This document shows, piece after piece, positions 1 to 9,276 of a DNA stretch of 64,000 nucleotides. The position numbers and the translations under genes were made by a program. A model generated the notes under the pieces. That model had not been told where the DNA came from. It made no database searches and saw nothing but the letters and a program-made list of their open reading frames with translations. The number at the start of each line of letters is the position of its first letter. The stretch's first letter is position 1. Source of the stretch: Candidatus Bathyarchaeota archaeon. Lineage in GTDB: Archaea; Thermoproteota; Bathyarchaeia; TCS64. The stretch covers positions 1-64,000 of the forward strand of contig JBDRQD010000030.1 in assembly GCA_043826455.1 (NCBI GenBank), in the 5' to 3' direction.

Positions 1-3000
1 GCTGAGTATGGGTGCGGCCTGTGACAAGGGGTTTCTCATCACCTCGCCGCCTATCGGTGACAGGATCACGACGCTGGCTGTATCGCTGCCGTTCAGGTAG
101 GTGTCGTCGCCCAGGTAGGCGTCGATGACCTCGGCCAGGTCCGTGGTGCCGCTGCCCGTGGTGGCTTCGAGGGCCTTGAACTTCACCTGTACCGTGACGG
201 TTGTGCTGGGCGCCAGGCTGCCGGGCCCTGTTAGGTCGTTCCAGTCGAGTACGCCTGAGGCCTCGTCCACGGCGTCTGGGGCGGGGGTGGCCTCGATGTA
301 GTCCAGCTTGGCCGGGTCGTAGGTGTCCTTCAACGGTATCACAAGTATGGGTATGTCGCCTGTGTTGGTCACCTTGACCTCGAAGACGACGTTGTCCCCT
401 ATGTTAGCGATACCGCTGGGCGGGGTCTTCACCGATTTGTCCACCAGCATACCGAAAGCCAGTATCATTACCTGCTCCGTGTCGTTGCCGTCCAGGTATA
501 TCTCCTCGTCCAGCACCTTGGCCTCAATAACACGGGCAAGGTTCACCGTCACGTTTGGGGCAGTGCTCTCCGCCGCCACGTAGGTGATGTTCACGGCGAT
601 CCACGAGCCTGGGGCCAGGCCGGCTCCGCCGGTCACGTCGAACCACAGCAGGGTGCCTGTGGCTTCGCTAACGATGTCCGGCGATGGCGAAGCCGAGACG
701 TAGTCCAGTTTCACCGGGTTGTATGTGTCGTTGAGGGGCACGTACTCTAGGGGCTGGTTGCCCCTGTTGGTGACGTTCACCCTGAATGTGACCGTCTCGC
801 CAACGAAGGCCTCTCCGCCGGGTGGCTCCAGCAGGCTCTTGATGACGGTCATGTTGGTCACTATTATCCTGACGCTCCAGGTGGCGTTGTTGTTCGTGTA
901 GTCGGTCTCGGGGTCCGTGGTGTTCACTGTGACGATGTTCACCAAGGGGCTGGTGTCCGTAGCCTTGACGGTGTAGTTACACGTGTATGTCCATAGCTCC
1001 CCAGGGTCCACCTCGTCATCCATATCAGTGTCCCCGCCCATGTAGATGGGGGGTCCGCAGAGGCTGTCGTGGATCGTGACGTTGGCGGCGTCCGTGAGGC
1101 CCAGGTTGCCCACCTCTATAGTGTAGGTTACTGTCTCACCTATCTGGGCCCTGTCTGGGCCGGTCTTAGTTATGTTGAGGTCCACGGGCAGGGCCACCAT
1201 GAAGCTGTGGATGTGGGTGCAGTCGGTTCCCAGGGTGAAGTTGGCCGAGGACGTCAGCGGTGACCAGGGGGGCTCCGTGGGGTCGTCGTCGCTCTTGGGT
1301 GCAAGCCCGTAGAGCTCGGGGTCTGTGTGGTCGTAGAACACGCTGTAGTTGCCGTCCAGGAGTCCGGGGAAGTCGTAGAAGCCGTTCCCGTTGGTGCTGG
1401 TGGCGTTGATGATCGAGCCGTCGGTGGCGTTCACCAGGTAGACGGAGATGTCTGGGACGCCCACCTTGGGCGCCTTGGTCACGTTCCAGATCCAGCCCTC
1501 CACGACGCCGCCCGCGGCCACCGTGATGAAGGCCGTGTCCTTGGGGTTGTAGGTGTTGTTGAAGGGATCGATCCCCCACGCGGCCCCCTCGTTGATGTAG
1601 TTCTCCTTAGGAATCGGCGACGGCTGGGCCTTGAAGTGGACGGTTATTGTCTGGTTGGGAAGCATGTTCTCGTTTAGGGTCCAGGTGAGCAGCTGCCCGT
1701 TCACCGCGGGGTCCTCATGGGTCACGGAGGCGTCCGTGTGGGTGACGTTGGATGAGCCCAGGATGTACAGGAAGCCCGGGGGGAGTGTGTCAGTGACGTT
1801 CACGTTCATCATCAGCAGGTCGTCCATGAGGCCAGTCTTCACCGTCAACGTGAATGAGACGTTGGCGCAGGTGGACACGGTGGGCGGGTAAACCTTCTTG
1901 AATATGTCCAGGGTGACGTTGGCCGATGCGTAGTGTAGGGGCAGGATGGTGTAGCCCCAGTCGTAGCCGGAGAAGTCGCCGCCCACGAGGGCGTAAATGG
2001 ATTCACCGTAGACCACCGAGAAGGGGAAGTCTGCGAACAGGCGGGTCCCCGTGTTGTCCATGTCCGAGTCGTAGAAGCCGTAGGCTTCCAGCTTGTTGAG
2101 GGTCGTGCTGTCGTCCACTGCGTCGTCCTGGTTGTAGTCGGCGTAGATGGTGGTGCCACTGTATACCGGGGTTACCCAGAGCTGCATGTCCTCGGCAGCG
2201 TTCTTGCCGCTGGGGGCGTAGGGGATGAAGTACTCGTTCACCAGGCTGCCCGTGTCCACGGGGGTGAAGCCCCAGTCCCTGTCGCCGCTGCCTGTGTCCA
2301 CGGAGACCAGGACGGCGATGCGTTCACCGGGCTTCGCGTATATGTGCACCGGCGTGGTGCCGGCGGTGGTGAACCCAGTGTCCGTGGTGTTGACGGCTAT
2401 GACCTTGTTGTTCCACCCGGGTGCAATCCCCGCGTCAGTCTCAATGGTGACGTGGGCGCCGGTGACGGCGTAGATATGGAACCTGAGGTTCATGGGGCTG
2501 TAGCCGCTGGGGAAGGTGGGTACGTAGAAGTCTCGACCCGTGAACCCGACGTCCTTCAAAGTGAAGTACCTGATGTCGTAGGTCTTGCCGCCGCTGGCTA
2601 TCAGGCCCACCTGGACCTTGTTGTTCGACTCGATGTAGTCTCCCTCCCAGACGTGCTGGATGACGAAGCTCTCACCCCTGCTAAGGGCCTTGGTCAGGGG
2701 GACTCCCTGCCTGCTGTAATGGACAAGGGTGCCGTCGGCCGTGCTCTGCACCACGGCGAAGGTGCCGCCCACGAGCTCCCCCGCGCCCAGGAAGTCCGGT
2801 GTGCCGGCCGTGTTCTCCCCCACAGGGATGATGTACTTCTTCTGCGCATTGGGGCCTCCGCTCTCAAGGTGTTGGAGCTCCCACATGTCGGCGACGAAGT
2901 TGCCGTCGCCTGTCCCAGGCTGTTTGTCCGTGGCGCCCCTGAAGACGTTGATGGGGCCTCCGGCCACGAATATGTAGTCCCCGCCGTCAACCCCCGTGAT

Positions 3001-3420
3001 GGTGTTGCCGGGGCCAGTCAGGTTGCCCATGAGGAGGCTTCCTCTGCCGGGCGGTATTATGGTGTAGTAGGGGGGAGCCCAGTTATCCATGGTGAGCACG
3101 CCCCCCTTGTCGAGCTCGAAGACGGCGTCGGCGCCCGTGAAGTCCATCTTGTTGAAGCTGTAGCCGTTACCTCTGAGGTCGATGTATATTCTTGACCTGT
3201 TCTGGTAGGAAACTAGGCTGAAGACGCTGTAGGGCTGGGCCGTGGCCGGGTTGAAGTTGCAGGCCACGTCCACGGCGTTCTTGATTATCTTGGTGCTTTC
3301 GCCCAGGACGTAGAAGGACTGGTACCCGGAGGGCACTGAGCCCGCCTCCGTGCTGGGCGTGTGTGTGATGCCCATTGTAACTAATAGTAGGAGTGCTAAA
3401 ACTGTGATTGTTTTCCGCAT
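1..3420 (-). CDS. Large secreted/cell-surface protein with DUF11-like repeats and an SdrD-B-like Ig domain (runs off the left edge)
   Basis: My translation from ATG at 3420 (MRKTITVLALLLLVTMGITHT, signal-peptide-like) stays open to base 1. Repeated 'K...G(E/D)xVxFxxxVxNxG...xxDT' DUF11-like units; 'STNGNGFYDFPGLLDGNYSV' segment. Absent from the ORF track, presumably because no stop codon lies in the window. Confidence 0.8.
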   Translation of the reverse strand, partial: MRKTITVLALLLLVTMGITHTPSTEAGSVPSGYQSFYVLGESTKIIKNAVDVACNFNPATAQPYSVFSLVSYQNRSRIYIDLRGNGYSFNKMDFTGADAVFELDKGGVLTMDNWAPPYYTIIPPGRGSLLMGNLTGPGNTITGVDGGDYIFVAGGPINVFRGATDKQPGTGDGNFVADMWELQHLESGGPNAQKKYIIPVGENTAGTPDFLGAGELVGGTFAVVQSTADGTLVHYSRQGVPLTKALSRGESFVIQHVWEGDYIESNNKVQVGLIASGGKTYDIRYFTLKDVGFTGRDFYVPTFPSGYSPMNLRFHIYAVTGAHVTIETDAGIAPGWNNKVIAVNTTDTGFTTAGTTPVHIYAKPGERIAVLVSVDTGSGDRDWGFTPVDTGSLVNEYFIPYAPSGKNAAEDMQLWVTPVYSGTTIYADYNQDDAVDDSTTLNKLEAYGFYDSDMDNTGTRLFADFPFSVVYGESIYALVGGDFSGYDWGYTILPLHYASANVTLDIFKKVYPPTVSTCANVSFTLTVKTGLMDDLLMMNVNVTDTLPPGFLYILGSSNVTHTDASVTHEDPAVNGQLLTWTLNENMLPNQTITVHFKAQPSPIPKENYINEGAAWGIDPFNNTYNPKDTAFITVAAGGVVEGWIWNVTKAPKVGVPDISVYLVNATDGSIINATSTNGNGFYDFPGLLDGNYSVFYDHTDPELYGLAPKSDDDPTEPPWSPLTSSANFTLGTDCTHIHSFMVALPVDLNITKTGPDRAQIGETVTYTIEVGNLGLTDAANVTIHDSLCGPPIYMGGDTDMDDEVDPGELWTYTCNYTVKATDTSPLVNIVTVNTTDPETDYTNNNATWSVRIIVTNMTVIKSLLEPPGGEAFVGETVTFRVNVTNRGNQPLEYVPLNDTYNPVKLDYVSASPSPDIVSEATGTLLWFDVTGGAGLAPGSWIAVNITYVAAESTAPNVTVNLARVIEAKVLDEEIYLDGNDTEQVMILAFGMLVDKSVKTPPSGIANIGDNVVFEVKVTNTGDIPILVIPLKDTYDPAKLDYIEATPAPDAVDEASGVLDWNDLTGPGSLAPSTTVTVQVKFKALEATTGSGTTDLAEVIDAYLGDDTYLNGSDTASVVILSPIGGEVMRNPLSQAAPILS

Positions 3421-3540
3421 CACGCGCACATTTCATAGTCTATCCTTTGTGACCATTATTGGTAAAGTCACTGGGACATCGGGTTGGCAGTAACCGGCCT
3501 CTTTTAATCCGTTGAGTGGAGTTACTTTCAACCAACGGGG

Positions 3541-4266
3541 CTACCCCTCAAGCCTCCACCCGCCCCCATCACCCGGATAATACACAAGCTTCGAGCCCCC
3601 ACTGGCAACAGCTTCGCCGAGAGACGCCCCGCCCAGCAGCTCCTCAAGCAGGGACAGGACCGCCTCATCGGTATCGGAGAGGTTCACGGGGCCGTCCCAG
3701 CCCACCACCGCGGAAGCCCCAGCCGAGCAGAAGGCGTAGGCCAGATCATCGACCCCCAACGCGTCACACCCCATGAGGATGACGAGTCCCTCCGTCAACC
3801 CGTCGCCCATGTAGTGCTCCACGAAGCTGCTGCCCACGGCGAACATGAGCCTAGGGTCATTGGGCGTCCGGGACAGGTGAACCTGGTCTGAGAGCTGCTC
3901 CACCACGTACTTGGAACCATCATATTCCTCCCCCGTGAACAACCATGCACCGCCCTCGAAGACTCCGCTGTGGACCCTCAGCACGACGATCCTGTAACCC
4001 TTCAGGCCCCTGAACCTGTCCACAGTCACCTGGGGACCCTGAAAGGAGTCAACACGGTACCCGTGGCCCTGAAGGAGGCGTGTGCAGCGCCCTGTGAAGT
4101 CATGGCCTCTAGTCATGTTCAGGGAGTCCAGGATTACGGCCCTTGGTGGAGCCTCTCCTAGCTCTCGTTGTTTGAGGTACGCTGACGCAGCTGACAGTAT
4201 GACGAGGAACAGTGTGAACCCGAGTAACTGTCTCATCCCGTCTCTCGTGACGTGCAGCCCCACCAC
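3541..4266 (-). CDS. Membrane-anchored hypothetical protein, possible caspase/CHAT/C25-like fold
   Basis: N-terminal TM helix; 'IVVLRVHSG' and 'VILMGCDA' strand-His/strand-Cys pattern; 'GASAVVGW'. Confidence 0.55.
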   Translation of the reverse strand: MVGLHVTRDGMRQLLGFTLFLVILSAASAYLKQRELGEAPPRAVILDSLNMTRGHDFTGRCTRLLQGHGYRVDSFQGPQVTVDRFRGLKGYRIVVLRVHSGVFEGGAWLFTGEEYDGSKYVVEQLSDQVHLSRTPNDPRLMFAVGSSFVEHYMGDGLTEGLVILMGCDALGVDDLAYAFCSAGASAVVGWDGPVNLSDTDEAVLSLLEELLGGASLGEAVASGGSKLVYYPGDGGGWRLEG

Positions 4267-4403
4267 TTTGGAGGACCGCAGACAAAAATCAGGGCAGTCA
4301 CCACGGAACAGCGACGGTGGTAACAGTCACCCGGCTAGGAGAGCCTTTATTAGCGCCCCCCACATTCTCAGAACAGACTTACACTAAACCGACACTGATC
4401 AAA

Positions 4404-5525
4404 ATGAAGTTCGACGAACTACCAATCAAAGAAGAGATCAAGCGGGCCTTCAGGGAGATAGGTTTCGAGGAGATGTTCCCCATCCAGGAGAACGCCATAC
4501 CCCCCATGCTGGAGGGCAAGAACGTCATGGGCCAGGCCAAGACAGGCACAGGCAAGACGGCCGCCTTCGGAGCCCCCATGCTCCAGATGCTGGACCCAAC
4601 CTCGGGCAACGTGGAGGGCCTGGTGCTCGCCCCAACAAGGGAGCTGGCCGTACAGATCAACGAGGACCTCAACACCTACGGCAGGTACACCAAGGTGTGG
4701 GCCACCCCCATCTACGGCGGCGTGAGCATCGAAGGCCAGGTGCGGGAGCTCAGAAAGAAGCCTACCATCGTCGTCGGAACCCCAGGCCGTATCATGGACC
4801 ACATGAGGAGAGGCAACCTGGACCTCAGCAAGGTGAAGATGACCACCCTGGACGAGGCCGACAGGATGTTCGACATGGGCTTCTACGACGACATAGAGTA
4901 TATCCTCAACAGGATGCCCAAGAAGAAGCAGGTGAGCCTCTGGAGCGCCACCTTCGACGACCGCACCAGGAACCTGAGCGCCAAGTTCATGCCCGACACC
5001 GTCACCGTGAACATGAGCCGCGACGAGATAGGACTCACCACCATCAAACAGTACTACATGATCCTGGCCCCTCACGAGCGGGAGGACGCCCTGACGCGCC
5101 TCATAGAGTTCTTCAAGATCGACAGGGGCCTCATCTTCTGCCGCACCAAGTACATGGTGGACCGCCTCACCTCCAACCTTAAGCGGGACGGCATGTCCGC
5201 GGAGCCCCTCCACGGGGACTTCACCCAGGCCAGGAGGCAGCAGGTTCTGGACGGGTTCAGGCGAGGAGAATTCGACCTCATGATATCCACGGAGCTCACG
5301 GCCCGGGGCCTGGACATAGAGGACGTGCCCTTCATCATCAACTTCGATGTACCAGACGACCCCAACATGTACTTCCACCGGGTGGGCAGGACGGCCCGCG
5401 CCGGCAAGTCGGGGACAGCCATAACCTTCATCATGCCCGACCAGGAGATGGAGCTGGAGCGTATCAAGGCCATAACTAGGACCGAGATAGAGAAGTTCGC
5501 CCTGCCCCCCAGCTTCCTCTTCTGA
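4404..5525 (+). CDS. DEAD-box RNA helicase (DeaD/CshA-like)
   Basis: Q motif (F..MFPIQ), AKTGTGKT, PTRELA, TPGR, DEAD, SAT, ARGLD, HRVGRTAR; ATG at 4404 preferred. Confidence 0.95.
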   Translation: MKFDELPIKEEIKRAFREIGFEEMFPIQENAIPPMLEGKNVMGQAKTGTGKTAAFGAPMLQMLDPTSGNVEGLVLAPTRELAVQINEDLNTYGRYTKVWATPIYGGVSIEGQVRELRKKPTIVVGTPGRIMDHMRRGNLDLSKVKMTTLDEADRMFDMGFYDDIEYILNRMPKKKQVSLWSATFDDRTRNLSAKFMPDTVTVNMSRDEIGLTTIKQYYMILAPHEREDALTRLIEFFKIDRGLIFCRTKYMVDRLTSNLKRDGMSAEPLHGDFTQARRQQVLDGFRRGEFDLMISTELTARGLDIEDVPFIINFDVPDDPNMYFHRVGRTARAGKSGTAITFIMPDQEMELERIKAITRTEIEKFALPPSFLF

Positions 5526-5563
5526 TCAACTGTTTTATACACTGTGCACCCACCCAATACCCC

Positions 5564-6757
5564 ATGAGCGGATACTTTCAGAGGCAGCCCTCCCCCAAGG
5601 AGATAGCCGAGAGGGTGAAGGGCTTCCAGTCGTGGATCGAGGTGGACCTGGACGCCGTGGGCCACAACCTGGACAAGGTGAGGGCCAGGACGGGCAGGGA
5701 GGTCATCGCCTGTGTCAAGTCCAACGCCTACGGCCACGGCATCGTCCCCGTGGTGGCCTACATGGAGAAGCGGGGCGTCAAGCGCGTCCTGGTGGCCAAG
5801 CTGTGGGAGGCCGAGCAGCTCAGGGACGCCGGGATAGGCTTGGACATAGTCAACATCGACCCCCTGTTCACCGCTGAAGAGTTCGAGTACGTGGTGGACC
5901 AGGGCATCACCCACACTGTGTACCAGAGGAAGGCTGCGGACAAGCTCAGCGAGGCAGCCGCGAGGCTGCGGAAGGAGGCCAAGGTCTGGGTGAAGGTGGA
6001 CACGGGCCTAGGCAGGGTGGGGGTCCGCTGGGACGAGGCACCAGACCTCATTGAGTACGTTGCCAAGAAGCCTAATCTTAGGATCGACGGGGTATTCTCC
6101 ACCTTGTCAGAGGACGACCAGCTGGACCGGCTCCAGGTGGAGAGGCTGCTGGAGGTTGAGAGACTCTGCGAGGCGAAGGGCGTCTCCGTGGGCACCAAGA
6201 GCATGGCCAGCAGCAACGCCGTCTTCCACAAACCCTACGCGTACCTGGACGCCGTGAGGCCGGGCATAATGCTCCTGGGCATGTACCCCGAGGAGGCCGA
6301 CATGGGGCAGGGCATCGAGCTAAGGCAGAGCCTGTGCCTCAAGGCCCGGGTTGAGCACGTCAAGTGGGTGGAGGCGGGGGAGAGCCTCACCTACAGCAGG
6401 CGGTTCACGGCCCCCAGCCGCATGAAGGTGGGCACGGTTCACATAGGCTACTACGACGGGTTTCCCCGGGGCCTCACCAAGGTGGGTAAGGTGAGGGTGG
6501 GCGACGAGATAAGGCCCGTGCTGGGCACAGTCTCCGTCAACCACTTCCTTGTGGACCTCACAGGCACCGACCTGGAGCCCGGGGACGTGGTGGAGGCCAT
6601 CAGCAGAGAGGGGGAGAACGATGCGCTGGGCCTGGCGACGCTGGCCGGCGTCATGACGTACAGCCTGGCCAACGGCCTGAGCATACTGATGCCCAGGGTG
6701 TACACCGAGAAAGGGAAACCTGTTGCACTGACAAAGCCCAAGCTCGTATCCGGGTGA
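5564..6757 (+). CDS. alr: Alanine racemase family PLP enzyme
   Basis: VKSNAYGHG PLP-lysine motif, KVDTGLGRVG, AVRPGI, GESLTY, GYYDG. Confidence 0.85.
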   Translation: MSGYFQRQPSPKEIAERVKGFQSWIEVDLDAVGHNLDKVRARTGREVIACVKSNAYGHGIVPVVAYMEKRGVKRVLVAKLWEAEQLRDAGIGLDIVNIDPLFTAEEFEYVVDQGITHTVYQRKAADKLSEAAARLRKEAKVWVKVDTGLGRVGVRWDEAPDLIEYVAKKPNLRIDGVFSTLSEDDQLDRLQVERLLEVERLCEAKGVSVGTKSMASSNAVFHKPYAYLDAVRPGIMLLGMYPEEADMGQGIELRQSLCLKARVEHVKWVEAGESLTYSRRFTAPSRMKVGTVHIGYYDGFPRGLTKVGKVRVGDEIRPVLGTVSVNHFLVDLTGTDLEPGDVVEAISREGENDALGLATLAGVMTYSLANGLSILMPRVYTEKGKPVALTKPKLVSG

Positions 6758-6776
6758 GGAGAAACCCTGCCAGGGG

Positions 6777-7736
6777 TCAGGTGACGTAGTGCCTCGTGGT
6801 GAGGTACCTATCTCCGCTGTCGTGCATGATCGCCACAACCTTCTGGCCCTTCTTCATGCCCTTAGCTAGCCGTAGGGCCGCCACGACGTTGGCTCCTGAG
6901 GAGACGCCGGCGAAGATTCCCTCCTCTCTCCAGAGTCTCTCAGTCATCTTCACGGCTTCCTCGTCAGTGATGGTGACCACCTCGTCGATGAGACCCGGCC
7001 TCATGAGCATCTCGGCTATGATCCCTCCCTCTATCTCGCTCTTGGGGTAGGGCTTCCCTGGCTTCATCTCCTTCTTGGAGCCCGGGGGGATGGCGCCCAC
7101 CACCCTGGTTTTTCTGTTCTTCTCCTTCAGGACCTCAGCCACGCCCATGAGGGTGCCCCCCGTGCCGATGCTGGCCACGAAGGCGTCTACCTTGCCGCCG
7201 GTCTGCTCCAGTATCTCTCTTCCCGTGTCCTTCTGGGCCTCCACGCTTGAAGGGTTGGCGAACTGTCTAGCCCACCATATTTTGGGGTTTTTCTTCTCCA
7301 GGGCTAGGCAGATTCTTCTTCCAGGTAGCTCTATCTCGGCGCCTGGCACCCCCATCCTCAGGTCGTCGTACTCCTCTGGGGATATGGTCCGTACCTCGGC
7401 GCCGTACCCCATCATGAGGTTCTTCTTTTCCTGGCCCATCTTACCGGGCGTGGTCTCATAGATGACCACCTCGTAGCCCTTCAGCGTCCCTATGAATGAG
7501 AGGGAGGTGCCCGTGTTTCCTGTGCTGGACTCCACGATGGTGTACCCCGGCTTGAGTGCGCCCTGTCTCTCGGCGTCCCGGATCATCCTGAGGGCCACGC
7601 GGTCCTTGATGCTGCCCGTGGGGTTGAGGTACTCTGCCTTCACCCATATCTCGGCTTCCAGGCCCTCGGTCACCTTGCTTAGCCTAACCAGTGGGGTGTT
7701 TCCTATGAGTTGAAGAACGCTGTCGACGGCTCTCAT
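6777..7736 (-). CDS. Cysteine synthase/cystathionine beta-synthase family PLP enzyme
   Basis: IGNTPLV, KAEYLNPTGSIKDR, STGNTG, GTGGT, GVSSGA, DSGDRYL. Confidence 0.9.
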   Translation of the reverse strand: MRAVDSVLQLIGNTPLVRLSKVTEGLEAEIWVKAEYLNPTGSIKDRVALRMIRDAERQGALKPGYTIVESSTGNTGTSLSFIGTLKGYEVVIYETTPGKMGQEKKNLMMGYGAEVRTISPEEYDDLRMGVPGAEIELPGRRICLALEKKNPKIWWARQFANPSSVEAQKDTGREILEQTGGKVDAFVASIGTGGTLMGVAEVLKEKNRKTRVVGAIPPGSKKEMKPGKPYPKSEIEGGIIAEMLMRPGLIDEVVTITDEEAVKMTERLWREEGIFAGVSSGANVVAALRLAKGMKKGQKVVAIMHDSGDRYLTTRHYVT

Positions 7737-7856
7737 TTAGTTAAAAATGGGTAGGATGGGTATTAAAACGTATTCAGCCGGCGCGTGCCCCGTAGACGAG
7801 GATGTTGTTTTCCTCTTGACGGGCCTCTTGGAGGCTGTTTCAGTAAATGGTTATGA

Positions 7857-7864
7857 TTTAAATA
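7857..7864 (+). promoter_or_regulatory. TATA box of the tRNA gene
   Basis: TTTAAATA about 26 nt upstream of the tRNA 5' end. Confidence 0.6.
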
Positions 7865-7889
7865 ATGGCTTCTAGGTATCTAGTTGGGA

Positions 7890-7997
7890 GCTGGGGTAGC
7901 ATAGCTTGGCTAATGCGCTGGACTCATGATCCAGAGGACTAAGGCAACAGCGCCCTTAGCCGGATAAAGAGCGTGGGTTCAAATCCCATCCCCAGCA
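7890..7997 (+). tRNA. tRNA with CAU anticodon (probably elongator Met) and a 33-nt intron at position 43/44 (7935-7967)
   Basis: Acceptor GCTGGGG/CCCCAGC plus discriminator A; D stem GCAT/ATGC; anticodon arm CTGGA-CTCATGA-TCCAG; T arm GTGGG-TTCAAAT-CCCAT. Removing 7935-7967 leaves the 5-nt variable loop AGAGC. CCA is not fully encoded. Confidence 0.9.
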
Positions 7998-8128
7998 CCT
8001 TCTCAACCCATTTGCGCGCGCGCAACTGCAGAAGGCACGCACCCTTTTCAGACCATTTATGTTTTAACTAATAAGTACCTCAGTGGATTATTGCTGGCAG
8101 CAGTTAACGTATCTGTGAGCTGAAGAGA

Positions 8129-9112
8129 ATGAAAGTCATCGACGTCCATAATCACCTGAATCCACGCCCATTCTTGGATGCTGTTCGAGCTGGGCGTGAT
8201 TGGCACGGATTTAACTCCAAGAACGGTGAACTTGAGAATCCAAAGAACCATTGGACTCTCGAGGAGCGGATAGCCGACATGGATCGACTGGGAGTGGGGA
8301 TACAGGCGCTCACAGTATACGGTGACTTCAACCAATACAATCGCGATCCTGAACTCAGTAAGTTAGTAGTAAAGGCCTGCAACGATGAAGTCGCAGCAAT
8401 GGTTGATGAGCACTCTGATAGGTTCGTAGGTTTAGGCATTCTACCAATGCAGGACGTTGATGCCACGGTTGTTGAGCTAGAGCGGGTGATCGCAGATCTC
8501 GGGTTGAATGGTGTCACAATCAAGGACCATGTCAATGGGAGTACTCTAGATGAGCAAAAGTTCATCCCCTTCTGGGAAGCAGCGGAACGGCTGGGGGCGG
8601 TTGTTGAGATCCATCAGGGGGATACAATTGTTGCTGAAAGGATTCCTCGCTACTTCCTCGAGAACACAGTGGGCAATCTTGTTGAACGTATTCTCACCTT
8701 CGGAGCATTAGTGCATGGCGGTGTCATGGATCGCTTCCCTAGGTTGAAGGTTTGTTTATTGCATGGTGGTGGCTACGTAGCCTTCGGGATTGCCCGTATG
8801 GATAAGGGCTGGGAGGCAGCGAAGCTAGACTACATGGTCAAGTACTCGGCTGAGGAGTCAAGGCAGTCGATCCCTAAACCTCCAAGCCATTACTTGGGGA
8901 GCTTTTATTATGACTGCGCCACGTTCAGCGAACCCACTCTACGGTTCCTGATAGACACTGTGGGGATCGATAGGGTGGTATTCGGGACAGACTACCCGTG
9001 CCCAATGGAGATTGTAGACTCTGTCAACTGGATAAATAGTCTAGAGAGCCTTACATCGCCGGAGAAACAGGCGATTCTATCTGTGAATCCCGAACGGATG
9101 CTGGGTATTTGA
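8129..9112 (+). CDS. Amidohydrolase-2 family (ACMSD-like decarboxylase/hydrolase)
   Basis: IDVHNH metal motif, LLHGGG, VFGTDYP. Confidence 0.85.
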   Translation: MKVIDVHNHLNPRPFLDAVRAGRDWHGFNSKNGELENPKNHWTLEERIADMDRLGVGIQALTVYGDFNQYNRDPELSKLVVKACNDEVAAMVDEHSDRFVGLGILPMQDVDATVVELERVIADLGLNGVTIKDHVNGSTLDEQKFIPFWEAAERLGAVVEIHQGDTIVAERIPRYFLENTVGNLVERILTFGALVHGGVMDRFPRLKVCLLHGGGYVAFGIARMDKGWEAAKLDYMVKYSAEESRQSIPKPPSHYLGSFYYDCATFSEPTLRFLIDTVGIDRVVFGTDYPCPMEIVDSVNWINSLESLTSPEKQAILSVNPERMLGI

Positions 9113-9276
9113 AGAAATGACCAGTAGTTTAATTCCGTTATAACAAATATTTCCGCGCGTGCGCGTGAGCCTGGATGCATTCGACCATATCATGCACCTA
9201 GTCTCAGGGCGTGCCAGCACAATCTGTGTGGGGAAAATATTTTCTAGTCGATTGCAGAATTTGACAACGACACAAT

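Noticed and set aside
323..3436. Many ORF-track entries in 323-3436, including 2344..3195 (+) and 3167..3436 (-)
   Set aside because: Shadow frames of the single long minus-strand gene starting at 3420
4419..5914. Long antisense ORFs over the helicase and racemase, and similar ones elsewhere
   Set aside because: Expected in GC-rich third-position coding; no recognisable motifs
7935..7972. Reading the tRNA insert as a long variable arm (tRNA-Sec/Ser/Leu-like)
   Set aside because: The anticodon is CAU, the acceptor stem is 7 bp, and BHB-type cleavage gives an exact 5-nt variable loop
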